From positions 288,001 through 352,000 of the forward strand of contig OY762007.1 of assembly GCA_963665115.1 (NCBI GenBank): 64,000 bases of DNA, read 5' to 3'. Position 1 is the first letter of the stretch. Each line of letters starts with the position of its first letter. Source of the DNA: an uncultured Rivularia sp. Lineage in GTDB: Bacteria > Cyanobacteriota > Cyanobacteriia > Cyanobacteriales > Nostocaceae. Positions 1-9,960 of this stretch are shown here, piece after piece. The position numbers and the translations under genes are program-made. The notes under the pieces were generated by a model that was not told where the DNA came from, made no database searches, and saw only the letters and a program-made list of their open reading frames with translations.

Positions 1-1
1 A

Positions 2-442
2 AAAGAATTTTCTTTAAGATTGCAAGATAAAGTTTACGACGATTACAAAGATGCAACTACTATCGTTGCTCAACATATTGCTTTAGCACCAGAAGTAAAT
101 GATATTGCTGCAAACCCAAGTAAATATTACAACCGAAGATTGGCATTAACAGGAGAAATAGAAAATATTAAAAATTCTAAGATGTTCACCTTGGATGAAG
201 ACGATTTACTTGGTGAAGAAGATTTATTAATTTTTAATCCTACTCCAGCAATGGCTGTGAACGACAATCAAACAGTAGCTGTAACGGGAATTATGCGTCC
301 ATTTATAATGGCGGAATTTGAAAGAGATTATAAATTAACTTGGGATGCAGCATTAAAGAAAGAGATGGAATTAAAGTACAAAGAAAAACCCGTATTGATT
401 GCAGATACTGTTTATCCTTCAAGAGTTTCAACTTTAGATTGA
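2..442 (+). CDS. Conserved hypothetical protein, 5'-truncated by window edge
   Basis: Frame is open from base 2 to TGA at 442; OB-fold-like beta-rich C-terminal domain (YYNRRLALTGEIE...VAVTG) resembling cyanobacterial stress-cluster proteins. Confidence 0.6.
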   Translation, partial: KEFSLRLQDKVYDDYKDATTIVAQHIALAPEVNDIAANPSKYYNRRLALTGEIENIKNSKMFTLDEDDLLGEEDLLIFNPTPAMAVNDNQTVAVTGIMRPFIMAEFERDYKLTWDAALKKEMELKYKEKPVLIADTVYPSRVSTLD

Positions 443-868
443 TTTTTAACTTTTAATACTCATTAGTTTCTACTAATATTGAAGCCACACATATTCCCAT
501 TGTCACGGAATTAGCGCTATCTCTGAATCAAAGAATGTTACAAAAATAACTGCAACTATCTAAATTTACCTTTTGGATAACTGTTTTAGCCGGAGTTTTC
601 TTTGTTGGATTCGCCGTTGTTTACTTACTTCAACTAACTGCCGTTTTGTCAACATCTGCTTAATACGACAGAATAAAGAATTTAATGAACCTGGCTTTTT
701 CAAAAAACCGGGTTTATCATCATTATAAAAATTTATAATTTATCTTGCATTATACAGTTAGTATAATGTCCATTATCAAAAAATCATTAAAACATTAAAT
801 TTGTGGGGAGATAGATCGATTAATATTTCATAAACCACGTTCACCGTTTTCTATCGATTCACATCAAA

Positions 869-1201
869 ATGGCACTGGAAACAGAAATCACAACTCAAGC
901 AAGCACCCGCGAAATATCGCCAAATATTCCTCCTTCAAAGGAAGTCACAACTATCCAAATTGGATTAGCCTTCATTCCCGTGGCTTTCGTCGTAACCTTA
1001 GCGTTTATCTTTTTTAAACAAGTCCAACATCGGAAAAATTTATATATCAAACTTGTTAATTTAAAGCGTTTTTCTTCCATTCCTTGTCATAAATGTCAGT
1101 TTTTTGACAATAATCAACAGCTTCCTTGTGCAGTACAACCTGCGGTGGTTTTAAGTGAAGAGGCTTTGAATTGTGGTGACTACGCGCCAAAAAGGAGATG
1201 A
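869..1201 (+). CDS. Small membrane protein with C-terminal Cys motif (IPCxxCxFF...LxCAVxP...CxDY), DUF6464-like
   Basis: One TM helix followed by four spaced Cys; recognisable cyanobacterial family pattern. Confidence 0.6.
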   Translation: MALETEITTQASTREISPNIPPSKEVTTIQIGLAFIPVAFVVTLAFIFFKQVQHRKNLYIKLVNLKRFSSIPCHKCQFFDNNQQLPCAVQPAVVLSEEALNCGDYAPKRR

Positions 1202-1497
1202 AAAAACGGAATATTTTAACATACCTTAAACTAAATTCACTTTTTTTAATTAAGGATACAAGCCTCTGCTTTTAAGAAGAAAAAGACTTTCATCATATTC
1301 CTTGCTTCAAGCCTCAAACTTTAGGAGTCAGTAATTTTTAATTGTTTTGACAGAATTATTTGTCACTATCTATCTGTAGACAGGGAAATTGCACGAAAAA
1401 TTTATTCAATAAGTCTATCAAAAGGTTAATTGAAAAAAATCTAAGTCTGAATCAACCTTGAATCAGACAAAAAATTACTTAGTATAAAGGAGGAATT

Positions 1498-2040
1498 ATG
1501 TATACAGGTGAAATGCAGCGTGCAGTTGGTACTTTTGCTTCTCGTCCAGAAGCAGAGAGAGCGCTCCACGAATTAAGAGATTCTGGCTTCAATATGGATA
1601 AAATTTCAGTACTCGTTAAAAACGTTGAAGGGGACAGCCAGGTAAGCGGTACGGATTACGAAAAATCAAAAGGCGAACAAGCAGCCGGGGGAGCTAAAGC
1701 TGGAGCAACCGCTGGAGGAGTTACCGGCGGAATTATTGGTTTAATACCTAGTTTGGGTGTCTTAGCAATTCCTGGTGTTGGTCCCGTTGCGGAAATAGGT
1801 ATAATACTTGCAAATACTTTGATCGGTAGTGGTGTCGGTGCAGCTAGCGGTGGTTTGCTCGGTGCTTTGATCGGTTGGGGAGTACCCGAAGAGCGAGCAA
1901 ATTATTATAACGAACAACTTACTCAAGGATATTATGTAGTGTTGGTTGAAGGAACTTCAACAGAAATCAACGCGGCTCAATCGATTTTAAGCAATCAAGG
2001 AGTCCGAGATTGGGAAATTTATAATTCACCCACAACTTGA
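1498..2040 (+). CDS. General stress protein (YflT-like N-terminus with glycine-zipper membrane hairpin)
   Basis: AVGTF..R.EAE.AL.EL...GF motif, Gly-rich GAxAGAxAGG zipper, GxGVPEERAxYY motif; strong RBS AAGGAGG upstream. Confidence 0.8.
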   Translation: MYTGEMQRAVGTFASRPEAERALHELRDSGFNMDKISVLVKNVEGDSQVSGTDYEKSKGEQAAGGAKAGATAGGVTGGIIGLIPSLGVLAIPGVGPVAEIGIILANTLIGSGVGAASGGLLGALIGWGVPEERANYYNEQLTQGYYVVLVEGTSTEINAAQSILSNQGVRDWEIYNSPTT

Positions 2041-2180
2041 AGTGTTTGTACTAATGTGAGTTTATAGTTTTTAGTCAACAAACGAAGTAGTACTATTTAT
2101 TTAATCGGCAAAGAGTTGATAAGTAAGTAGTGCGCTTCGTTTGCTTGCGGAAATTCATCCTATAAAAAATAGTAACTAAC

Positions 2181-2492
2181 ATGAATGTTTTAGTATTTGA
2201 TGTAGGTAGGATTACTCGAACCTTATACTAACGACAACCTGTTGTTAGCGTTACCAACGGTGCAGTTACAGCATATTTCATCTTTGTGTGGTACATTCGG
2301 ACGGGCAGGGATGCCCATCCCACAAGAGTTTTGTAATATGAGGCTGTACCTCACTTGTTTGCAAAGTGCTGTAAGCTTTCAGGAAGAGTTGAAAATAAAG
2401 AAGTTGCTCGTCACATTGTAGAAGGAATTAAAAAAAATCTAGGCGTTCATGAAATTACCTTCGATATCGGATTAGAAAATCAGGCTTTGTAA
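2181..2492 (+). pseudogene. BON-domain-like gene remnant interrupted by a MITE and an in-frame stop
   Basis: Removing 2269-2373 restores the frame ...QPVVSVTNGAVKLSGRVENKEVARHIVEGIKKNLGVHEITFDIGLENQAL*; TAA at 2229-2231. Confidence 0.6.
2269..2371. mobile_element. MITE with imperfect ~27-bp terminal inverted repeats and TA target duplication
   Basis: TA|cagcatatttca...ggtaca and tgtacc...tgcaaagtgctg|TA; second family member at 37105-37205. Confidence 0.75.
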
Positions 2493-2515
2493 TTAATCAA
2501 AGGAATAAAAAATAT

Positions 2516-2902
2516 ATGTCAGTAAAAGAATTACAAAAAAGCGATATGATGGCGCATCTTCTTTCTGCTCTTGATGCAGGCAAAGATATAGGTCATTACG
2601 GAAGATTAGTATTTGCAATGGTAGCCCGTCACTTTTTAAGCGAATCCGAGCTAATCAGTTATCTGAGAAAAGATAAAGATTTCAGCGAGGAAGATGCCCG
2701 CTCTATGTATTTACAGGTGCAAGGTAAAGACTATAATCCACCCAACCAAGAACGTGTTCTTGAATGGCAGTCTCAACAAGACTTTCCAATTTGCCCCAAT
2801 CCCGACGATCCGGATTCCTGTAATGTATACAAAGATTTGCAGTTTCCTTCCGAGATATACGAACAGATTTCCGAGTATTACGAAGAAAAATCAGACAGCT
2901 AA
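2516..2902 (+). CDS. Conserved hypothetical protein resembling the primase large subunit (PriL) C-terminal fold
   Basis: Clean ORF with RBS; GHYGRL, DFSEE, YNPP and CP..C motifs. Confidence 0.6.
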   Translation: MSVKELQKSDMMAHLLSALDAGKDIGHYGRLVFAMVARHFLSESELISYLRKDKDFSEEDARSMYLQVQGKDYNPPNQERVLEWQSQQDFPICPNPDDPDSCNVYKDLQFPSEIYEQISEYYEEKSDS

Positions 2903-3011
2903 ATTATCTTTGAGTATAAAAATTCAGTCGTAACAGTAAATTACAGAGACGTTGCACTGCAACGTCTCTACACAGAAAGAGAAATCATCTATCTTAACCA
3001 ACAGCCTGTTA

Positions 3012-3599
3012 CTACTTACTATACAATTGCTTTCCGCTTGCTAGTTGAGAGGCAATCTGTTCGCGACTGTTGATGAATGTGTACTGTTCGTTAAAGCTAC
3101 CATTAGGACTTTTGCCAATAATGTATTGGCGTACTGGTATATCTGGAGCATTAAGAACAACACGATCTGACACTCGCACTGTTGCCTTTGGTGCATTGGG
3201 ATTTTCTTCTTCAAGTCGAGAAACTACCCATAGTTCGTTATTTGCTGCATATACATCTTGAATTTCCAGATTGTAACCGGCAGAGGGAGCCTCAACTTCT
3301 GCGGTAATAGTACGTTCTTTCCGCTCTATTCCAGGTAAATCGACATCAATATATGGAACTTCAACAGTTTGTTCTTCCTGCACTACAATTACTTTGGGTA
3401 CTGTAACTGTGCGTTTAGTTACTCCAACCTTCACATCTGGTCCCTTGATATCATATTCTGGTAATCTTCCGGGTTCTATATTTACTTCAGGTAAACGAGC
3501 TGCTTGTTCTTTCTCGATTTGACACGATGCCAAGGGAACGAGAAGCATAGCTAACGATAAAGGTAAGACTTTTTGTAGGATTAAACGTTGCGATCGCAT
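3012..3599 (-). CDS. Hypothetical lipoprotein
   Basis: Signal peptide with lipobox LASC; beta-rich body. Confidence 0.7.
   Translation of the reverse strand: MRSQRLILQKVLPLSLAMLLVPLASCQIEKEQAARLPEVNIEPGRLPEYDIKGPDVKVGVTKRTVTVPKVIVVQEEQTVEVPYIDVDLPGIERKERTITAEVEAPSAGYNLEIQDVYAANNELWVVSRLEEENPNAPKATVRVSDRVVLNAPDIPVRQYIIGKSPNGSFNEQYTFINSREQIASQLASGKQLYSK
3590..3597. repeat. HIP1 octamer GCGATCGC (one of many, e.g. 7119, 9212, 10776, 17903, 26072, 31665, 44773, 59036)
   Basis: Repeated occurrence in an AT-rich sequence; cyanobacterial hallmark. Confidence 0.85.
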
Positions 3600-4005
3600 T
3601 TCTATTTATAAATAAACGACATAAGACTATGAGCAATGAGAAGAATGCTAACGAAGCGAGATGCAACAATAACCGATAGGATATTGCAATCTTAATTACA
3701 CTGTGTTTAGTTTTCAGTACAGATAGATACAACTCTGAAGATAAATATACTTTAATTCAACATTCTTTAACATTCACCATATTTACTAATATTACTTACT
3801 TTGACTCGATTTACATCGTTCTTCAGTTATAAATTCAATCTAAAATTATTTGAAAATTTGATACATAGTCTTACAAGCTACGGATAAAAGCAGCGATTAA
3901 AATAATATATGCGTTCAAATTGTTTTAATTTGAAGATGTCAAAATAAATGTCTATCTTTAGAGATAGTAGGTGCGATAGTGTAGATTGGGAAGTATGCTA
4001 AGAAA

Positions 4006-4461
4006 ATGTCTAATGGATTTACCTCGGCACAAATATCAGCATTTTCTCCCATCGGCTGGCAGGGACTTACTTTTCGTATAAGCATTGCCTTAATTATCGG
4101 CATAATTATTGGCTTAGAGCGGCAAACAAAAAGAAAGCCAGCAGGGCTTAGAACTAATATGTTAGTGTGTTTTGCCTCTGCTTTACTCGTACTAATCCCG
4201 ATTGAAATCGGTGCAGCGCAACAGAGTTTAGATATTTTAGGCAAAGTTATCAGCGGTATTGTTAGCGGTGTTGGTTTTATTGGTGGAGGAACTATTTTAC
4301 GTGAATCGGAAGTCAAAGGTTTAACTTCTGCTGCTACCATCTGGATGACATCTGCCCTCGGTATTGCAGTTGGCTGTGGTTTATGGCAGTTAGGTTTAGC
4401 AGGAGCATTAATTACCTGGATAATTTTGCGAGTATTCGATCGATGGGAAGATTATCTTTAA
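4006..4461 (+). CDS. MgtC/SapB family membrane protein
   Basis: IGLERQ..RKPAGLRT and GVGFIGGGTIL...GLTSAATIW family motifs. Confidence 0.9.
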   Translation: MSNGFTSAQISAFSPIGWQGLTFRISIALIIGIIIGLERQTKRKPAGLRTNMLVCFASALLVLIPIEIGAAQQSLDILGKVISGIVSGVGFIGGGTILRESEVKGLTSAATIWMTSALGIAVGCGLWQLGLAGALITWIILRVFDRWEDYL

Positions 4462-4656
4462 TTCGATCCGATCGAAAATATAAATTAAGTACTTGTGTAA
4501 AATTTGTTAGTTACAGAACCAGTCTTTAGAATCACAAAAATAAAGAAAAACTAATATTTCAACTATAACTTTGGATAGAACTTATAGATATCATCAGCGA
4601 ATAACATGATTATAAGCAGTCTAATAAAAAGTAATTAAACATTAGTAGATAAATTT

Positions 4657-4866
4657 ATGAGTATTAATTGTCTCGATCGACCCAAATTTCGTCAGCAACA
4701 AAAAGTTGACTTTATTGGCGGTACGGGGGAAGTTAAAAGCCTTCAAAGAGAAGCTGGTATTTGGATTTATACCGTTGAAATGCATATGGGTTTGGAACCA
4801 GAATTTGGGCGAATAGGTGCAGAGACAACTATTCTTTTAGAAGAAGAAGATATCTGTACCAATTAA
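4657..4866 (+). CDS. Small conserved hypothetical protein (SH3-like beta barrel)
   Basis: PKF..QQKV.FIGG.G...W.Y.VEM..G.EP.FGR.G.ET pattern typical of a cyanobacterial small-protein family. Confidence 0.65.
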   Translation: MSINCLDRPKFRQQQKVDFIGGTGEVKSLQREAGIWIYTVEMHMGLEPEFGRIGAETTILLEEEDICTN

Positions 4867-4894
4867 AAAATGGTTTTAATAGCTTGGTTCGCTA

Positions 4895-5060
4895 AAATGG
4901 GCACGAACAAACATCCGTTACATAAAACTTACCCAAAACTACCTATAACTAGACAAATCTAGACATATATGATTTTAGTGTTTACTTCCTGCTTCAAACT
5001 GGGGTAGTCGGCTACTTCCCATCCACAGGCTGAAACTGTCTAACTGACAGCCTTAGATAA
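4895..5060 (-). ncRNA. Predicted omegaRNA (right-end RNA) of the TnpB at 5040-6128
   Basis: Structured segment overlapping the tnpB stop (gcctgtggatgggaagtagccgactacccc...gaagcagg) and running through the element end; boundaries inferred. Confidence 0.5.
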
Positions 5061-6128
5061 ATTGATTGCAGCGTTTAAATCGCGGTCAATCGTAAAATTA
5101 CAGTTCTTACAATCAAACACTCTTTCCAGAAGAGAGAGTACTTCCTTTTTATGACCACAATTGGAACAAGTTTTAGATGATGGAAACCATCTATCAACCA
5201 CAACTAGTTTGGAGCCGTACAATTTACATTTGTATTCAAGTTGTCTTCTAACTTCATAAAATCCCATATCAGAAATCGATAAGGCTAGTTTATGATTTTT
5301 CATCATACCCGATACATTTAAATCTTCTATGACTATCGTTCCGTGATTCTTGGCTAATAATGATGTCAATTTATGGATAGAATATGCTCTTATATTGGAA
5401 ATTCTTCTATGAAGTCTAGCTATTTTTAGTTGAGTTTTTCTCCAATTTTTAGAACCAATCACTTTATTGCGATTTAACCACTGCAATCGAGATAATTTAG
5501 TTTTATTTTTACGATAGGCTTTCGCTCCTTCTATAACTTCACCTGTCGATAAGGTTGCTAGAGCCTTAACTCCTAAATCAACTCCTACAACAGTTGTATT
5601 ATTATTTTTTTGAATTTGGGTATCAATTTTAAAACTAATAAACCACCTATCTGCTTGTCGGGATATCGTTACAGATTTTATTTTATCTAGCTGGGGTAAT
5701 TTCTCATATGTTTTTAATTTACCTATTCTTGGAACTTGAATTATAAAACTATCTATAGTCTTACAAGTTCCTTCCAAAGTAAATGAATCGTTTTTACCTT
5801 TCTTTTTAAACCTGGGTTGACCACTAACTGTTTTGAAGCATCTTTTCCAAGCAGTAGATAAATCTCTTAATGCTGATTGTGGTGCAGACTTTGAACACTC
5901 ATAGTACCAAGGGTTTTCGGGTTTAACCAAAGCCACTAAGTATTTATGTAAATCAATCGCACTTGGAAATTTTATTTTAGAATCAGGATTAATAAAATTG
6001 TTTTCTAATATTGCGCGGGTTAATGCTAATCCCCAATTCCAAGCATGTCTAGAAACTCCATAATGTTTGAGTAAAACAGTTTTTTGATTGTTATTTAATT
6101 TTAATTCTGTTTTAAATCCGAGTAACAT
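5040..6128 (-). CDS. tnpB: RNA-guided endonuclease TnpB (IS607-type)
   Basis: RuvC motifs GVDLG, IEDL, DRDLNAA all intact; Zn finger CSNC...CKNC; N-terminal HTH. Confidence 0.92.
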   Translation of the reverse strand: MLLGFKTELKLNNNQKTVLLKHYGVSRHAWNWGLALTRAILENNFINPDSKIKFPSAIDLHKYLVALVKPENPWYYECSKSAPQSALRDLSTAWKRCFKTVSGQPRFKKKGKNDSFTLEGTCKTIDSFIIQVPRIGKLKTYEKLPQLDKIKSVTISRQADRWFISFKIDTQIQKNNNTTVVGVDLGVKALATLSTGEVIEGAKAYRKNKTKLSRLQWLNRNKVIGSKNWRKTQLKIARLHRRISNIRAYSIHKLTSLLAKNHGTIVIEDLNVSGMMKNHKLALSISDMGFYEVRRQLEYKCKLYGSKLVVVDRWFPSSKTCSNCGHKKEVLSLLERVFDCKNCNFTIDRDLNAAINLSKAVS

Positions 6129-6325
6129 TGTATAAAATTTAGGTTTTCAAGTTTTATAAATATAAGGCATCTATCTTTTAGATTATTAGATATAAACATA
6201 TCATTTTTATTACTATCATTAATAGTATAAATGTTAAATTTATTAATTCTTAAAATTCAATTGGCAGCCGTTGCCAACCATTAGTAGAATAAACAACCTT
6301 TAACCATCGCTTTACTGTAAAGCTC

Positions 6326-6348
6326 GCCGTGGGGATACTCCCCACGGC
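6326..6348. other. Perfect GC-rich hairpin gccgtgggga-tac-tccccacggc
   Basis: 10-bp perfect stem inside the deleted part of the IS607-like element. Confidence 0.5.
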
Positions 6349-7981
6349 AGACTTTACGTAAATACGTATTACACACTTAACACGATATCTGGACAATATG
6401 GGTAAATATGTCTATTTATGGGTAGAAATTAGATAACAGTTACTACCCCTCAATCCAAATGCTCTAAACTAAATGGGGTGTTTCTGCATTAACTGCTAAA
6501 GCCAAAATCATTTCTGGATGATAATTGATAGTATTCGTTATCCATGCACCAATTATATAATTATCAGCAACATCAAAATATTCATAGTTGCAAAAATTCC
6601 AACCATAATAGTTAATGTCACAACACCTTTATTAAGCTCGGATTCTATATCCCGAATATCAAAAACAACCGATTGGATAATACAGCAATTAAATAATTAA
6701 TAAATCAAATTTACATTTAATAATTTACCTTCATTTCACAATTAAAATTAATGAAAATTAACATCGGGTTGGAGAAACAGGATTATCGCGCCTACAGCGA
6801 CAAACTTACCTGAAGAAAACTAAATTAAGATTTACCTGGCGGTTGAAACCACGGCTACATAGGCGAAGTACACCTTCGTGGACTAATACTGACGCAACTG
6901 CCAATTTTGCAAGGAGTTTACTTAGCCGATAATGTAGGATTAAAAAATATTATTCCTGCCTTTAGTTAAATTTACTTACGAAGGAAATTCATATAATTTC
7001 AGACCAAGTACGGTTATATCAAGATTTTTCTAATTTTTTAGTTAAGTAAATGTAAAGGCGAAAATATTTATATTACAATCAATTAGACACCTGTTGAATT
7101 ACCGATGTTTTGAGAAAGGCGATCGCCATTTATTGATCGGTTCAAAAGGCTTGTTGGGTTGAACGAAATGAAACCCAAGCTACGTTACCAAGAGCCAAAG
7201 TTATCTCAAGGCGTAACACACCCGACAGGAAAACTATCTCCCCAGCCAGCTACGAAATATCTTCCGACGTGCAAAGGATGCAAGAAAAACACTACTCCTT
7301 TTCCGCTCAGTTATATAACCGTTCCCCCCAACCCTATTTCCAGATCCGGCGTTCCCTCTTCTCTAACCCCACAAGTAATTTCATAAATCAAACTCGATTC
7401 CTATATTGCTGGCGCAATAAGTTAATTTTAATGCGGATTTTTGATATTCTGAGTGTAAGATGTATCATGAATTTCAGTGCGTTTAATTAAGTAGTAAGGT
7501 AATGTTTAAAGTATGAATTTAAGTCTGCCTATCTCTTACAAAACAGTAAAATCATTATTTCTAAACATTTTTATGCTTGATGAGGTAAATTGCATATAGT
7601 ATTTATTTTTATATTTTTGTCAAGTCCTATTTATGCGTAATCTAACAGTCATATCATCTGTGGCATGATACAAAAAACACATTAATAATAATTGTATTTT
7701 TACTTATCTACTGGTTAATTCTGGTTCAAATCACAACTTAATCAATTCTACTTACTATTTTAAAATGCTAAAAATAATACCTTCGACGATAAAAACAAAT
7801 TTTATAGATTCATTTATTGATGATATTTTTTTAAATAAGCTTTCATATTACTTTATATTTGTTGATTTGAATAAACAGAGCGATTACTGAGAAAATATAA
7901 TCATACTAGTAACAATCAAGGCCGCCAAGTAAGTTAATAGCAAGCCACAAAGGTGGTCAAACAAGGGGCAGAGGATAAGGA

Positions 7982-9856
7982 ATGGGACGATTTGATAACG
8001 GACCAGAAAAGTCACGTAAAGCAGGCGAGCCATACGGTTCAGCCGAATCTGCTTTGCGGGCTGTCACTGAGGAATTACAAATTATCCAGCGGAATTTGCT
8101 CGAATCCTTGCAGGATGATGTCAAGCGCTTACAAGGTGAAAAAATCCGCTTGGCTGATGATATCAAACGTCTGCAAGAAGAAAGAGAGCAGTTGCAAGGA
8201 GGAAGACAAATTGACGAGTTACAAGTGTTAATGCGTCAATTGGCCCAAGTTTTGGGAAATCACATTTCCGTGCAGTTACAAGCTTCATTGGAAAAATTGG
8301 TCGATCGCCCAACGGGAAACACAACTCTCCAATCCGGAACCGGAACATATGCCCAAACTCAGAATCAAGAATCCGAATCGATCGGTAATGCTTTTAATAA
8401 TGCTTTTAACACGCTGCAACAAGATTTAGAAGATTATCAAAGTAGCATTTCCCAGCAATTGTCTCGAATGTCATTGCAGCAGGAACAAGGGGAAGCGATT
8501 TTACAAGAATTGGTAAATCGTCTCAAACGAGAATTGGAAGCTACCACCACCGAAGATGCTCAAACCAACTTTGAAGACGAACAGTTAGTAGAAGTTGATT
8601 ATGTAGAAGATTCAAACGTAATCCAAGAAGAATATCCACAGCAAGAGCCGTTTCCTACAAGTTTATTGGAGGAGCGGGACAATATAATTCCTCCAGCAAC
8701 CGATACCACAACAGCAACTTCTACCGTTCGAGGAGCTAATGTTTCGCTGCCTGAAACTTCATCTCAAGCTCCCCCAGAAGCCGCTAGAGAACCCACAACA
8801 TCATCACAACCACTATCTAGACCAACAGAAGGGGTTAGGCAGCGTCCCAAGGGATTATTACTGATTGCATTGTCCGCAGTCGCTACGTCTATTTACAACG
8901 TTGCAATTAAAGCAATATTCAATGGTGTATTTGATTTAGATCAATTAATATCGCCAACTTTAGGAAATTGCCTATTCGTTTTAATGCTGAGAATGCTGGT
9001 TGTTGTGCCCATGATGCTAGTTTTGGCACCCATCCTGCACCCCAGAGTTTGGCAAGATTTACAAAATTTAGTAGATTCAGTCAAAGGAAGTCGTAATCCT
9101 ACAACCGTTACAGCTAGAAGAGTACTGATGCTATCAGGTATCAGTGGATGCTTCTTGTTTTTATCTCAAGTAATGCTTTACTTGTCGATCGCACAAGTTG
9201 TCACCGGAATGGCGATCGCCCTTTTGTTCGTGTACCCGATTGTCAGCGGACTATTGTCATGGCTCTTGTTTCGCGACATTCCTAGTAAATTCCGCGCTTT
9301 TGCTTACGCGATGATTGTTTTAGGAATAGTTTTAGTATTGGGTGGAGCTTCAAGCGATACGGGTAACGTTTCATTTGGAAGCATTACAGGAATTTTAGCC
9401 GGAATAAGCTTTGCATTTTACGTGATATTGACCCGTATTTGCGCTGCTAGACTGCATCCGGTTTCTTTTACTTTGATTAACTTCGCCACAATGCTGTTTT
9501 TGTGCTTTATCGGCTTGTGCTTTATCACTATACTGCTGCCTTTACCTTCTGGTTGGAGCTTAGAAATAAATTCGGTGAACTTTTTAGAACTGATTTTAAG
9601 CACTTTCATCCTAGGAGTACTAACTCTTTGCGGGTATTTGCTAAATAACTTTGGCATCCGTAAACTCGGAGCTACAAGAGCTGGACTCATCAGTTCTACC
9701 GTTCCAGTTTTAACGGTAATTTTCGCCGGAATCATCATTCAAGAATCTTTACCATTCATGCAGGTTCTCGGAGTCTTACTAGTTACCTTCGGAGCCGCAG
9801 CCTTCAGCATGGAGAAATTGCAGCAGCAGCGGGTGAAGGCTCCTCGTTCGAGTTAA
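7982..9856 (+). CDS. sepJ: Septal junction protein SepJ (FraG): coiled coil, Pro/Ser/Thr linker, DMT/EamA permease
   Basis: Three-domain architecture and position immediately upstream of hetR, as in Anabaena. Confidence 0.92.
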   Translation: MGRFDNGPEKSRKAGEPYGSAESALRAVTEELQIIQRNLLESLQDDVKRLQGEKIRLADDIKRLQEEREQLQGGRQIDELQVLMRQLAQVLGNHISVQLQASLEKLVDRPTGNTTLQSGTGTYAQTQNQESESIGNAFNNAFNTLQQDLEDYQSSISQQLSRMSLQQEQGEAILQELVNRLKRELEATTTEDAQTNFEDEQLVEVDYVEDSNVIQEEYPQQEPFPTSLLEERDNIIPPATDTTTATSTVRGANVSLPETSSQAPPEAAREPTTSSQPLSRPTEGVRQRPKGLLLIALSAVATSIYNVAIKAIFNGVFDLDQLISPTLGNCLFVLMLRMLVVVPMMLVLAPILHPRVWQDLQNLVDSVKGSRNPTTVTARRVLMLSGISGCFLFLSQVMLYLSIAQVVTGMAIALLFVYPIVSGLLSWLLFRDIPSKFRAFAYAMIVLGIVLVLGGASSDTGNVSFGSITGILAGISFAFYVILTRICAARLHPVSFTLINFATMLFLCFIGLCFITILLPLPSGWSLEINSVNFLELILSTFILGVLTLCGYLLNNFGIRKLGATRAGLISSTVPVLTVIFAGIIIQESLPFMQVLGVLLVTFGAAAFSMEKLQQQRVKAPRSS

Positions 9857-9861
9857 TAGGG

Positions 9862-9960
9862 GGATGGGGAGAAATTTTTAAAGTAGTGAGTAAAGAGTAG
9901 TGAGTAAAAAGTTTAATTTACCAGCTACTTACAATTCTTAACTCTCTACTTACTACTCGC
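9862..9960 (+). repeat. Composite STRR-type repeat, left arm of an inverted pair around hetR
   Basis: 2x agtagtgagtaaa plus aagtttaatttaccagctacttacaa; reverse complement at 11465-11641. Confidence 0.8.

Larger units (their letters stand above)
4915..6439 (-). mobile_element. Non-autonomous IS607-type element carrying tnpB (serine-recombinase tnpA deleted)
   Basis: Right end ...gggtaagttttatgtaacGG at 4915 with short subterminal repeats; left-end-like repeats (tacccata...tacccata) at ~6395-6439 followed by a TTG-TCC-AGA-TAT stub; no tnpA ORF. Left boundary approximate. Confidence 0.6.

Noticed and set aside
6480..6716. ORF 6518-6700 and a hydrophobic minus-strand frame as a membrane-protein gene
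   Set aside because: Multiple stops, no convincing start or motif; possibly a decayed remnant but unsupported.
7159..7490. Plus-strand ORFs 7159-7386 and 7269-7490 as genes
   Set aside because: Non-ATG starts (the first inside a REP hairpin), mutual overlap and no recognisable family.
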